Shown in pieces: positions 1-16,460 of a stretch of DNA of 64,000 nt. The DNA is taken from assembly GCF_009914755.1 (NCBI RefSeq), contig NC_060926.1, one strand, 5' to 3'. The stretch's first letter is position 1. The number at the start of each line of letters is the position of its first letter. Position numbers and translations under genes: made by a program. The notes beneath the pieces are model-generated. The model saw nothing but the letters and a program-made list of their open reading frames with translations. It did no database searches and had not been told where the DNA came from. Source of the stretch: the human T2T-CHM13v2.0 reference genome, Homo sapiens.

Positions 1-35
1 TTGCTGAGTGGTATTTCATGGTATGAAAGTACTGA

Positions 36-341
36 TTTTTTTTTTTTTTTTTTTTTTTTTTGAGATGGAGTTTTGCTCTGTCGCCTGGGCTGGAGTGCAG
101 TGGCACGATCTTGGCTCACTGCAACTCCGTTTCCCGGGTTCAAGCGATTCTCCTGCTTCAGCCTCCCGAGTAGCTGGGACTACAGGCATGTGCCACCACG
201 CCCGGCTACTTTTTTGTATTTTTAGTAGAGATGGGGTTTCACTGTGTTGGCCAGGATTGTCTTGGTTTCCTGACCTCGTGATCCTCCCGCCTTGGCCTCC
301 CACAGTGCTGGGATTACAGGTATGAGCCAGCATGCCCAGCC
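36..341 (-). mobile_element. Alu (AluS-like)
   Basis: Poly-T at 36-61 followed by a full antisense Alu body ending in CCCAGCC. Confidence 0.95.
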
Positions 342-1066
342 TAAGGAGTACCAATTTGTTTAACCCTTTACCCACTGAAGAATATCTGGGTTGTTTCCAG
401 TTTTTTTTTTTAATTATGAATAAAGCTGATAAAACATTTGTGGATGGGTTTTTGTGTGAACACAAGTTTTGATTTTTCTGGGACACGAGCGTAAGTAAGC
501 AGTGACTGGTTTGTATGGTGGCTATGTTTAGTTGTCAAATTGTCAAATGATTGTTAACTCAAATTTCTAGAGTTCTTGTTCCATTTTACTCTCCTACCAT
601 CAATGTATGTGTGCTGGTCTCTCCACACACTCACTAGCATTTGCTGTTATCACTATTTTTTATTTTCATATAGTGATATCTCACTGTGGTTTAAGTGTAC
701 ATTTTCCTTGTGGTTAGTGATGCTGAACACACTGTCATGTACTTTTTTGCCATCTCTATATCCTTTTCAGTGAAATGTTTGTTCAGATCCTTGCCCATAT
801 TCTAAATGGTAAGTTTGATTTTTTTACTGCTGAGTTTTGAGAATTCTTTATATATGTCTGGTACTAGTCCTTGTTAGACGTGTGGGTTGCAAATATTTTC
901 TACAAGTACATAACTTGTATTTTCATCCTCTTAATAGGCTTTTTCTCAAAGCAAACATTTTTAACTTTAATAAAGTCCAATTTTTCATTTTTTTGTAGGT
1001 TATACTATATAAAGTTCTCTTTGTCTAGTCCTAGATCCCAAATACTTTCCTTTTTTTATAGTTTAA

Positions 1067-1353
1067 TTTTTTTTTTTTTTTTTTTGAGATGGAGACTTGC
1101 TCTGTCACCCAGGCTAGAGTGCAGTGGCACAATCTTGGCTCACTGCAACCTCTAGTGATTCTCCTTCCTCAGCCTCCCGAGTAGCTGGGATTACAGGCGT
1201 GTACCACCACGCCTGGCTAATTTTTGTATTTTTAATAGAGATGGGGTTTCACCATGTTGACCAGGCTGGTCTTGAACTCCTGACCTCAAATGATGCACCT
1301 GCCTCAGCCTCCCAAAGCGCTGGGATTACAGATGTGAGCCACTGCGCCCGGCC
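1067..1353 (-). mobile_element. Alu (AluS-like) with a small internal deletion
   Basis: Poly-T plus Alu body. CAACCTCT joins directly to AGTGATTCTCC, so about 14 nt are missing. Confidence 0.95.
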
Positions 1354-2028
1354 AGTTTGATAGTTTTATATTTTACATGCAAAAGACCCTGTGTTAAGTT
1401 TTGTTTAGGGTTTGAGGTTTAGGCCAAGGTTTTGGAGTTTTTGTTTTTTTTCTGCTTATGCACATCTAATTGTTCATTGAAAAGCTTTCCTTGATTGAAT
1501 TGCTTTTGCACCTTTGTGAAAAATCAGTTGGATGTATTTGCATGGGTCTATTTTTGGGTTCTCTACTGTTCTTTGTCTGTTCCTCCACCAATACCACATA
1601 GTCTTGATTACTGGGGTTATATAATAAGTTTTGAAATCAGATAGATTGATTCCTTTCACTTCATTCTTCTTTTTCAAAAATGTTTAATGCTTCATGCTCC
1701 TTTGCATTTTCACAAACATTTGTCTATAAAAATATGCAGTTATATTGCTGGGGTTTTGATAGAAATTGTATTTTAACTTTATATCAGTTTTAGGAGAATT
1801 GACAGCTTTACTATACTGACACGTCCAGCATATGAAAATGGTATGTTTCTCCATTTATTTTGATCTTCTTTCATTTCTTTTATCAACATTTTGTATTTTT
1901 CCGCATACAACACATGTACTTGTTTTGTTAGATTTGCACCTAAATATTTCATTTTTGGATGATTTAAAATACTATTATATTTTTAAATTTTGTTATCCAA
2001 GTGTTCATTGCTAGAATATAGAAATATA

Positions 2029-3242
2029 CAGTCATGAGTCGCACAGTGATGTTTTGGTCAATGGTGGACCGCATATACAATGGTGGTCCTGTAAGATTAT
2101 AATGAAGCTGAAAAATTCCTGGTGTCCAGTGACGCTGTAGCCATCATCATGTCAGTGCATTATTCATGTGTTTGTGGTGACACTGATGTAAACAAATCTA
2201 CTGTACTGCCAGTCTTGTAAAAGTATAGCACATAGAATTACGTATAATACATAATACCTGGTAATGATAATAAAGGACTATGTTACTGGCTTATGTATTT
2301 ACTATACTACGCGTTTTATCCTTACTTTGGAGTTTATTTTTTCTATTTATTAGAAAATAGTTAACTGTAAAACAGCCTCAGGCAGGTCCTTCAGGAGGTA
2401 TCCAGAAGAAGACATTGTTATCCTAGGAGATGACAGCTCGGTACATGCCGTTACCCCTGAAGATTCCCAGTTGGACAGGATATGGAGGTGGAAGACAGTG
2501 ATATTGATGATCCTGACCATGTGTAGGTCTAGGCTAATGCTTGTGTTTGTGACTTAGTCTTTAACAAAAAGTTTAAAAAGCAAAATAAATAAATAAATAC
2601 GTAAAAATAGAAAAGATATAGATAAGATTAAGAATGTAAAGAAATAAAATATTTTTGTACAGCTGTATAATGTGTTTGTATTTTAAGCTAAGTATTATTA
2701 CAAAAGAGTCAAAGAGTTAAAAAAAGTTTATATAGTAAAAACGTTATAGTGAGCTAAGGTTAACTTATTATTAAGGAAAGGAAAATATTTTTAAATAAAT
2801 GTAGTGTAGCCTAAGTGTACAGTGTGTATAAAGCCTAGACTAGTGTAGAGTAATATCTTGGGGCTTCACATTCACTCACCACTCACTGACTCACCCAGAG
2901 CAACTTCCAGTCCTGCAAGCTCCATTCATGGTCAGTGCTCTCTACAGGTGTACCATTTAAAATATCTTTTATGTGGTATATTTACTGTACCTTTTCTATG
3001 CTTAGATATGTTTAGGTACACAAATACTTACTATTGTGTTACAATTGTCTGCAGTATTCAGTACAATAACATGCTATACAGGTGTGTAGCCTAGGAGTAA
3101 TAGGCTGTACCTTATGGCCAGGGTGTGTACTAGGCTATACCATCTAGGTTTGTGTAAGTACACTGTGTGTTTGCACAATGACAAAATCCCCTAATGATGC
3201 ATTTCTCAGAACATATCACCGTTGCTAAGCAATGCAGGACTG
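2029..3242 (+). mobile_element. Tigger3b-type (Golem) non-autonomous Tc1/mariner DNA transposon, complete
   Basis: Starts CAGTCATG and ends CAGGACTG (terminal inverted repeats). TA flanks both ends (2027-28, 3243-44). About 1.2 kb, with internal sequence matching recalled Tigger3b. Confidence 0.88.
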
Positions 3243-5747
3243 TAGTTCAGTTTTGTATATTGAGCTTACAACCTAAGATTTGGCTAAATTCACTTATTAG
3301 TTCTAGGATATTATTTTTTAGATTCCTTGGGGTTTTCTACATAGATCATAATGTCATCTGCATATAGTGACAGTTTTAGCTCTTTTTAAAAATGTATATG
3401 CTTTTTGTCGTGTCTTATTGCAGTGTCTAATCCTTATTGAATAACAGTGATGAGAGTGGCTATATTTACTTTGTTCCCAGTCTTAGGGGGAAAGCAACCA
3501 GTCTTTCACCATTAAGAACAATGGTAGTTGGAGGTTTTTGTTTTGTTTTGTTTTTGTTTTTATATGCTCTTTATCAAGTTGAAGAAGTTCTCCTCTTTAA
3601 TTTTCTGATAGGGATTATTTTGATTGATTTTAGTATTGATATTAAACCAATCTTTTATCCTGGAATATGCCTTACTTATATCATGCTATATTTTTTTATA
3701 TTTCTGAATTTTAGTTGCTAATGCTTTGTTAAACATTTTTGTGCCTCTACTTATGAAGGATATCGGCCTGTAGTTTTCTTTTTTTATATTACCTTTCTTT
3801 GGTTTTAGTATCAAGGTAATACTAACTTCATAAATTAATTGGGTAGTGTTTTGTCCTTTTTTTTTTTTTTTTTTAAGAAAATACTGTGTAGAATGCGTGT
3901 CCTTTAAATGTTGGGTGGCATTCACTGGTGAAATTAACTGGGCCAGGAGATTTTTAGGGGTATTTTAAATTTATGAATTCAATTTCTTTAATAGTTGAGC
4001 ATCTCCCAAGTTCTCCATTTCAAGTTGCATGAGTTATGTTAGTTTGTACTTTCTGAGAAATTGGCCTATTTCAGCTAAGTTGTCAAATTGATGTGTATTA
4101 TATTGTATTGTATTGTATTGAGTTGTATGTAATATTCTCTTATCTTTTGTTGTTTGCCAGGTCTTTAGTGATATCTCATGCTTTATTCCTGATGGGTAAT
4201 TTGTATCTTCTCTTTTTCCTTACTAGGGGTTTGCCAATTTTATTGAACTTTTCATATAAACAGCTTTTTGTTTCTGTATTGGGTTTGTTTTCAATTTCAT
4301 TGATTCTGCTATTATCTTTACTATTTTTATTATTGTTATTTTGATTTCATTGTAGCCAGAGAACAGTGTGGGATTTCAATCTTGAACATTTGTTGAGATT
4401 TGTTTTATGCCTCAAGGTATGGTCTATCTTGGTGAGTGCTCCATGGATGCTTGAAAAGAACGTGTATCCTGTTGTTGTTGAGTGGAAATTTCTGTAAGTT
4501 TTGATTAGATGCTTTTGAGGTAGGACTGTGTTAAATTCTATTCCTTGCTGATTTTCTGTCTAGTTGTTTTATCTGTTGTTGAGAGATGGGTTTTGAAGTC
4601 TCCAATTATTATTAAGAATTTGTTGTTTGTTTGTTTTTTAGTTCTATTCATTTTTGTCTTACATATCTTGCAGCTCTGTTGTTTGATGTAGACACATTTA
4701 GGATTATTAAGTTTTCTTGGTGGATTTACCCTTGTATCATTATGTAATGTCTTTCTCTGTCTTTAGTAGTTTTCCTTGCTCTAAAGTTTACTTAATCTGA
4801 TTAATACAGTCACTCATGTTTTCTTTTGATTAATATTTGCATGGTGTATCTTTTTCTAGCCTTTTAATATCAGCCTCTCTATGTCACTATAATTGAAGTG
4901 AATTACTTGTAGACCATATATAGTTGACTTATTCATTCTTTTATTCCCTCTGTCAGTCTCTGTCTTTTAATCATTGAATTTAGAATATATACATTTAGTG
5001 TAATTATTGACATATTAGGGTTTAAATCTGCCATTTTAATTTTTGTTTTTTGTTTGTTCTCTCTGTTTTTCATTTCTCTATTTTCATGTTCTTTTTTCCT
5101 TATGGGTTGCTTGAACCTTTTTTTAGAACTCCAGTTTGATTAACCTATAGTGATTTTGAGTGTATGCTTCTAGATAGATATTTTGGTGGTTTCTCTATGT
5201 ATTATATTATATATACCTAACTTATCACTGCCTACTATTGCCCAAATTTTGCTAGCTTGAGTAAAGTGTAGATAACTTCTCCTTTTAGTTCCTTTTACCT
5301 TCCAAAGTTTATAGTATAACTGTTTTACCTATTTAGTCAACACACATTTAGAGTCATATAAGACAGTGTTAACATTTTTGCTTCAACTATCAAACATAAT
5401 GTAAAGTGTGCAAAAGGAGAAGGAAAATGTATTCTTCATCCATGTTTTGATTCTTTCCTTTGTTCTTTCTTCTTACCTAATATTCTAAAAGTCTTGCTTC
5501 CATTCTGTTTAGAGGACTTCCCTTAGCCATTCCCTTAAGGTGGGATAATTGATGACAAAAATCTCTTTGCTTCATCTGAGAGTGTCTTGAATTCCCCTTC
5601 ATTCTTGAAGGATATTTTCTCTGGACGTAGAATTCTGTTTTTTATTTTTGCTTTTTTTTTTTTTTCCTTTTAGCTACTTCCTTTGTAGTGTCTGTTGAGA
5701 AAATCTACTGTCGTTTGAATTATTTTTCCTTTTTAGGTAAGGTATAA

Positions 5748-6173
<426 letters not shown>

Positions 6174-6304
6174 CTCTCTAAGCTTCTTGAATCTTGTCTT
6201 TTGCCCAATATGGGAAAAATTTAGCCATTATTTCTTTAAATACTTCTCAGTCTCACTCTCTTTCTTCTTTCAGGGCTCCAAGGACATGAATATTAGATCA
6301 TATG

Positions 6305-7050
<746 letters not shown>

Positions 7051-8341
7051 ATATGTCTCTGAGATTCAGTTTATATATATTTTTTCCTGTCTGTTTTCTC
7101 TCTGTTGTTCTTCTATTGTTCTACCTTCAAGTTCACTGATTCTTTTCTCTGTCCTTTAAATTATGCTATGTAGCCAATCCACTGAGTTTTTTAAGTTGGG
7201 CATTGTAGTTTTCAGTTCTATAATTTCTTTTTACTTCATCTTTTACATCTTTTATCTCTCTGCTGACACTTTCTGTTTTTTCATTTGTTTCAAGCATATT
7301 TACAATCATTTATTGAAGGATTTTTATCACTCTTAATATCTTTTTCAGATAATTTAAACATATGTGTCATCTCAGTGTTGGTGTCTGCTGCTTTCTCTTT
7401 TCATTCAAGTTGTGATTTTACTGTTTTTTTAAATGACAAGTAATTTTCAGTTGAAACCTGGAAAATTTTGGTATTATGTTGTGAGACTAGACCTTGGTCA
7501 AACCTTTTGCTTTTGTTGGCTTCTTAAGACATGACTCCAGCAGGAAATGAAAGAGTGGTGCCACCTTATTATAACGCAAAGAGAAGACAAGTCCAGGTTT
7601 GCCACTAGCTTCATTAGACACCCTAGAGAGGCAGGGGCTCCTCATTACTGATAAGTGGGCATGGCACTTCTGCTCTTCACTAGGTCTCTGTTAATAGCAC
7701 CCTGTTAATGGCTAGAAAGAGCAGAAGTACCTTGTTGCCGCCTCCCAGGTGGCCTCCACCTTAACCACGTGGGTTGGCCTCTTTTCTCCTAGGCAGTGGT
7801 AGCACTCTCCACTTGACCATGCCTGACAGTACCCCAGAGGAGGTGAAGAGCACCTCGTTCCTGTCAGTAAAAGATGGAACTCCAGGCTTCTATGTGATCT
7901 CAACGGGCACAGCAGTGGGACCTCCTTACTGCTCAGGTGATGAGAGTTGCAGCTTCAGACTTGGCCTTCCCTGATACCACTCTGATAGGGGATTGGGTGT
8001 CTTTTTATGGCCTGGGCTGAAGCCTAAGCTCTCCACTGGACCTTGCTAGTGTCAGTGGGGCCATAGTTTTTTCTGTAGTATTTGGCTGGGGTTGGGCACT
8101 TATTATCTGTGAGTTTTCTGTGTTGCTGGGTAGCCTCCTCTCTGGTCCTTTGGCTAGAGAAGCAGCCACTGATTGGGCCTTTTATTACTCCGTCTCAAAA
8201 ATGAATACATAAATAAAAATAAATAAATACATAAAAATTTACGCTTTTTTGTGTGTCTGGTAGCCAGCTATTCCTGTCACAAGTCTACGATATACCACAC
8301 AAAAAGAAAACCTAAGAAATGCAACTCCGTATCTTTTCTGA

Positions 8342-8494
8342 ATTTTACATTTTAAAGGGTTTTAAAATAATGCAAAACAAAACATAGCAAACAACCATGA
8401 CAACAACAATAACAAAACAAAAAATGTGACAGAGACCATATGTGGTTCCAAAAGCCTAAAATCTCCTTTACAGAAAATTTTTATTTGATCCCTG
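8342..8494 (+). mobile_element. MER58-family (hAT-Charlie) fragment, right part
   Basis: TGACAGAGACCATATGTGG..AAAGCCTAAAAT..CCTTTACAGAAAA..CCCTG resembles the MER58 end. Confidence 0.65.
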
Positions 8495-8559
8495 GTTTAG
8501 ACATAAGTTAACTTTTAGAACAATGGAACAAATATAAATTTTATAACATTTTCTTTATG

Positions 8560-10330
<1,771 letters not shown>

Positions 10331-11099
10331 TCCATAAAGCCCATTGTAAGTCTTTGGTAACTTATGGCCTGGCCAATCTCATCCAAACTATGTAGCCTCT
10401 ATGAGCCAGTTTTCTGATCTATTAAAGGTAAATAGAAATACTTATCTCAAAAGGTTGTTATTTAAGATTAAATTAAGGATTAAAAAATACAGATAGCCAG
10501 CCATAGTGCCTGCCATGAAAGAGCACATTTTAATTCTCCTCTGCTTTCTGTCACCTAAGGAAGTGGATTAAGGATGTTTTACCAATGAGATTTCTTTTAA
10601 ATGATTTGTGTCAACCAGTCATTACAAACAATGTGACCTCACTTGTTTATCATGATCAGAGAATGGACATCATCCTCATAGAGTCAGAGATAATTTTTCA
10701 GAAAACTGAAGTCTGTCACTAGAGTTGAAAGTCTGCATCTGATGACCTCTGCAGCATCTCCTGTAGTTTGTCCTTAGTTGGAGAGTGTACTTTCTACTGA
10801 GAAAGCCCTTTCCTTTCGCACAGCTCTGAGCGGGTACTAGGGATTTCTGTCTTTGCGCTGAAGGCTGTCTTCTCTGGCTCCCGCTGTGTGGTCCCAATAT
10901 TAGTTCTTATAACAGGACTTGCTCATCTGAATGCTCATTGCCACGGCTTCCTTCCTTTATGTGAGGATAGCTCTTACCTACCCTCTGAGTAAGAGGGGGT
11001 CTTCTTGTCTGTAGGTGAAATCCATTTGTTGACTTTTCTTCATGTGGCAGGATGTCCTGGCCCACAGTCACAGCCCACTAGGTCTCCTCTGCTCAAGCC

Positions 11100-11720
11100 G
11101 CTCTCCAGGTGCGACTCCATCATGAACTGAGTCCAGTGCTCCAGGTAAGGGCAATCAGCATTGTGTCTGCCAAGACCGCAACTCCACTGTGCCAGATGCT
11201 AACCTTCCAGAAGCCAGCCCAAGTTCGTGCTAACTTTTTGGGTGTCAATATTTCTGTTGATTCCTTGACTAAAACTCCTAAGTGTCAGACACGTTGCTGC
11301 TAAACTGTACCTTCCTAATGCAGTTGGGTTTTAGCCCCAAGGACCACAGATGATGCTCGTTTTTACTGAGTGCGATCCTAGCTGGATTTGGCCTATTTCT
11401 TCAGCATGACACAGTCATTTCGGGGTGCTGATTCTTCCCTCCACCATATGCTTCCTCCTACACCGTCTTTACATCCGTGGAGCTGATGAGCTCTGCTGAC
11501 TCATCTATACTGTAGCAAAGGTCAGATTTGGAGGAGCCTGGAGGGGGCAGCTCAGGTTCTTTGGGTTGCTCACTTGCCTACCTCGAGGCCTCCCTGTCTG
11601 ACGGAGGCTGCCCTGTCCCCAGCTTCTTGCTGGCCTCCCAGGCTCATGGACACAACCAGCACTTTTGGTTTACATCCTTGCCATTTTATTCGCCTGAGGT
11701 TTTCCTATAAATATTAGCTT
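11100..11720 (-). mobile_element. Possible ancient L3/CR1 remnant
   Basis: Weak resemblance to antisense L3 around GATTTGGCCTATTTCTTCAGC..CTGATTCT; highly diverged. Confidence 0.3.
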
Positions 11721-12799
11721 ATCCTGGTGTTTCCCTGGTTTTCTTTCACTTCCAAAATGGTGGAGGGACTGTCAAAGAGGAGCTGCCACGAAGATTTTTC
11801 TGAGTTGCCTTCATGGATCTCCAGCTGACTTTTAGTCCTTTGAGTTCACTCATCCCCCAGACCTCTACCTTCGAGTATTAGAACTTCCCCTTCCTTATCC
11901 ACAGCTGCCACCCTCTTCCCTTAGTCCTTAAGGAACACAAAGTCTAGTCCCAGCTCATGTCCAACTTCATTCCCACATATTTCTTGAAAGCAGGCTCTCC
12001 ATGACTTTGTACAACTTGTCGATGATTCAGAAGCCAATAGGACGAGGTAAAGGGTCAAAGATGGCACCTGGCGGAGCTCACCTGAACCCCCCAAGGCCGA
12101 CTTCATGAGGCGTCCATTTCAGCCTGGAGGCTCAGAGCATATCACAGCTCTCCAAGCTCTCCAGTCTGGTTTTAGGCTTTCTTTCCACCCTTTAACACCT
12201 GCAAACCATTTTCCTTGAATGATAAAAGTAAATAGAAATTGGGGAATTCTTTTTCTTCATTTCACCCATCAGCGTTATGACATTAGCCCCAGATTTCAGC
12301 TTTGACTTCTTAAATGTGTGCTGTGAATGTCACTCCCCCAATACCCACCCATGCGGTTTAGATATTTGAACTTGTTTAGTGCTTTGCTGGCTTGGAATTC
12401 TCTTTTTTCCATTTTCTGGTCTCAGGACTTTTCCTCATTTCTGAGTAAGAGAGAACAAAACTGGAAGTAGTATAAATTAATATAAGAATTTTCTAGAGAC
12501 AGTGAGAGGATGAAGATCAGTTTTTTATAGGAAAGGCTAAAGCATATTAATTTATTTTACAACTAGCGAAGGAAGTCGGGGTTTTGAGGTAGCTGGGGGC
12601 CAGAGAGGGAGGGGAAGAGAGGGTAGAAGAAGAAAGCCTCCTGGGTGGGACTCTTTGTCTGCCGTCCACACTCCTGATTGAAGTTGCTTCTTCCTGGCTC
12701 CCACTTGGCTCCTTTCTCTTAAATTGTGCACGTGTCTGAAATCAGAGCACCGTATATAGGAGACACATGCCAGTGGGCACTGCAATACTAGCTTTAAAG

Positions 12800-12960
12800 C
12801 AATTCAAAAAGTATTCATTGAGCTCCAACTGTGTGCCAGGCCCTTGCAAAGTTCTGGAGGTTGAGGAGACAGTAACATAGCCCCTGCTTCGAGCAGCTGA
12901 GTCTTGTGGGGGAAAACAGTTCAATAAACACCTGGCAATTATTCTCTGTGTAAGTGCCTT
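12800..12960 (-). mobile_element. L2 3' end fragment
   Basis: TATTCATTGAGCTCCAACTGTGTGCCAGGC matches the antisense L2 terminus. Confidence 0.65.
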
Positions 12961-13579
12961 GCTGGGCGTGTGGGCACTGTGCAGTGGGAGCAGGAGGGAT
13001 CAGCTGGGGAGCAGGCAGCGAGGCCGCCATGCACTACGGGCAAGTCTGGGATCCATCATCTCACCAAGTGCAAAGAGGAAGGTCCCAACTGGCTCCTCGC
13101 ATTGACCTGTAAAGAGTTCTACATATAGGGGGGCATATGTCTGCTGGGGAATCCTTCTCTGGCTGCCATCTCCCCATCCCCTACCCCAGCATGCACTTCT
13201 AGATGCTCTGTATTTAATTTCTCTCTCAACAGAAACCTTTCTGTGGGCGATTGTACAGTCCCACATCTCCCCACTGGAAATCTAGCAACACCCAGTGTGG
13301 AAGGGGCAAGGGCAGAGGAACTTGCCTGCACTGCTGCAGGAGTGTACACTGGCATGATGTCTGGTGAGTCTCCATAAAGGCAAAGGTGCTCACGGCCCAA
13401 CCAGCCCACCTGCAGCCTCTGCCCCGGAGAAAGCCAGTGCACAGGCATGGGGTGGCCAGCCCAGGAGTGTGGTCTGCACCATGACTGCATGAGCAGAACC
13501 CTGCCCATCAGCAGTGGATCAGGACTGGACTGAGAGGATACCAGTGCCGTGGAGTGCTCTGGAGATTCCCATTTATCAG

Positions 13580-13850
13580 CCTTGACAGAGCTTTAAACTG
13601 TAATGTGAAGAAAATGAGCACGTTCTGGGACAATATGAACGGTATCACATCATTTACAGAAATATTAAAAACCAATAAAATGAGACCTTAAAATGTTTCC
13701 AGACAAATCAATATGTAGTAAAAATATAAAACATGTGTGACAGTGACAGTGAGTTCCTGAGAGCAGTTACCTTTGGGGAGAGAGGAAGGGGAGTGTGATG
13801 GAGGCGAGGCAGGCAGGAGACTTCGATGATGTCTGTAATGTCTGATCCCT
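13580..13850 (+). mobile_element. Old L1ME-like 3'UTR fragment
   Basis: A-rich stretch followed by GAGCAGTTACCTTTGGGGAGAG, typical of L1ME/MC 3' ends. Confidence 0.5.
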
Positions 13851-14904
13851 GCAATGAGAAGGAAACCTTGCCTCCACTATGGACAGATCACTGGCTACTG
13901 ACCCTCTCTCTCCTATTTTATAGTTAAATTTCTCCAAACCACAGTCTAGATATTTTGTCTCCATGTTCTCAAATCTCAGGCATTCCTCAGCCTGCTCTCC
14001 TCTGGTGTCTGGTCCCCTTAAGACATGGAAACAGCTGTCACCAAGACCCTGATGATCTCCAGGTCACCGAATCCCAAGGCAGCACAAACGTGGTGCAGTG
14101 GTGTGCATGTGTGCACACTCACACTGTTTCCAGCATAGAAAACGTGAGTGGATGCATCACCGGTTTTAGCAAGTCTTAGCATTGTTTCTTACTTGCTTCA
14201 GATTTCCTTTGCAATCCCCCACCTTCTCCCTCAGCCTGTCTAACCCATTTCCCTCTGAGAGCTTCTGCGGTCTGCTGCTTCTCTCTCCCACACTGCCAGC
14301 CGGCCCTGGCTACACCGAAGTGTGGTTCCTTCCAGGTCCCAGCATGTACCAGCCCTATGGCCTGGACAGGTCCCTAGCCACCCGTGCCTCAGTTTCCTTA
14401 TCTCAAGTTTATTGGGAGTTGAATGACCTACCACCTATAAAACCCTCAGGACAGAGCAGACTGCAGAGGTGAGTGTCCACCCACTCTCTCTTGGACTCCT
14501 GTGATGGACACTGGGAGGTTCACTATGCATGTCCCCTCCTCCAGTATCTCCTACACTGAAGACAAAAGGGCTTTGGAACCGGAAACTGTAGGTTTCTCTC
14601 CACAGTCTCCAGAACAAAGAGCCAGCTGGCCAGGTCCCCAAGGCTTGCGTGGCCTGGCCCTGCTCGCCTCATCCAAACCACCCTCTACTCATGCACTGCT
14701 CTTCCCTCTTCACAGGCCCTTGGGATATGCTTCTCCATCCTCCTGGCCTGGAAGCCTTTCTTGCTCCCACCCTACTTTGTCAGCGTTCACCTGTCATTCA
14801 GACTGGATCCTGTTCAGACTCACCAGGTGTGGATCTGCTTGTGTAACGAGCTCTCATTGTGTGATGTGTCTTTCTTCAGAGTGCGTGTAATGATATAGTT
14901 GTTG

Positions 14905-15420
14905 ATTTACTCAGTGGTGATTTCTTGGGCACCTACTATGTGCTGGAGATTGTACTTGACACTGGGATGTATCAGGGAACACAAAGACGTTGTCCCCAGG
15001 CCAAGGAGCCTCCAGGCCCTCAGGAAGCTCCATTAAGCAGCAGTTCTGAGCACAGTGAGGCCACAGAGGAGAGAGAGATGTGCATTCCAGGCGGTATGCA
15101 GGGGGGCGGTCTGACCTACTAGGCAGCCTCTTGATGGCTTCTCCAAAAGTACCCGAGGCAAAAAAGGGGAAGAGAAGTCCAGGTAGCATATTTGAAGGTT
15201 TTAAAAGAGGAATGCTCATGACACTTTTGAAAACTCAATGATGTAAAGGGCAAATCAGGGAGAGGAGAGACCGGGGGAGAATGAGGAGGCAGTCAGGATG
15301 CTGGGAGGAAAGAGCATCATGGAGGAAAGGAGCCCTGAGGCTCTCTGGCGAGGCAGCGAGGCCAGAGGAGCATGCTGGCAACGCCTGTGTCAGTCTCCAT
15401 GTCTCAGGAAAGCCCCCAAG
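14905..15420 (-). mobile_element. L2 fragment
   Basis: GGGCACCTACTATGTGCTGG followed by purine-rich antisense L2 sequence. Confidence 0.6.
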
Positions 15421-15449
15421 AGTGGCTGGCCTGGCGACAGCCTCACCTG

Positions 15450-15800
15450 TCTCAGACATCAAGAAGTCTGATGGCAGGCAATCCTGGGCTGGGTGGGATG
15501 CTCAACTATGCCAGGGGAGACAGGTGCTCCCCTCGCTTTTGCTGTTGGTGCCCTCTGCACGTGGCCTCTGATCTCAGGCATGCTGTCTCATGGTCACGAG
15601 ATGGCTGCTGCTCCTCCAGCTTGTGCCTCTTAGTTCCAGGAAGGAAGAGCAGGCAGGCAGAAGGGGTAAAGGGCTTCTCCTAGGAAGGTTTTGCTCTTGT
15701 TGCACTGTTGCTGTTTAATTGAGGAAGACTGCCTGCCCCCAGGACTTCTGCCTGCTTCTTACTGGCTAACTGATACAGCACCATCCCGAGAGGCTGTGTT
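15450..15800. mobile_element. Old ERVL/MaLR LTR remnant (LTR33/MLT1-like)
   Basis: Contains CTCATGGTCACGAGATGGCTGCTGCTCCTCCAGC..TTCCAGGAAGGAAGA, a motif of these LTRs. Confidence 0.5.
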
Positions 15801-16270
15801 AGTATTTTTGGTCGGGCACGCTGATATCTTTAAAAAGAAATGTTTTTGTTTTAGAAAAGAAGTGCCTGCCCCGGAAGATGTGAGCTGAGAGTAGGTGTGG
15901 GCCCCACAGTTAGAGTTCCAGGTGGCCTTTGAGAGAGGGGTTTTAGTGCCAGTCCTCAGAATGACAGTCTCTGATCCGGGCCTGTTGAGAAAGCAGGAAA
16001 TCCTCACCTATCATGAGGATTCCAACCAGCAGGAAAACCCATGGCATCTTCTATTCTCCCTCGCTTTGCTGCCCAGGAGTTTTGGGGCCAGTCATGTATT
16101 TGAGGGGTTCAAGTTAAAGCTTTTTTATTTAAAAAACCAACTTTTAAATTTAATTTTATTTTAAACATCAAACCAACTCAACCAGATTATGCTGGGCAAA
16201 AAGTGGATCACTGCTGTGGGCAGGTGGGCCATTCATCTCCAACAAGGAGCACCTGATCAGGGGAGGGCCA

Positions 16271-16460
16271 CCCCTCTCCTCTCCCCTCCCCTCCCGTCCC
16301 CTCCCCTCCCCTCCTCTCCCTTCCCATCCCCTCCCCTCCCCTCTTCTCTCCTCCCCTCCCCTCCTCTCTCCTCCCCTCCCCTCCTCTCCCTTCCCATCCC
16401 CTCCCCTCCCCTCTTCTCTCCTCCCCTCCCCTCATCTCTCCTCCCCTCTTGTCCCCTCCC
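16271..16460 (+). repeat. (CCCCT/CTCCT)n polypyrimidine simple repeat
   Basis: Visible degenerate pentamer array of about 190 bp. Confidence 0.95.
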
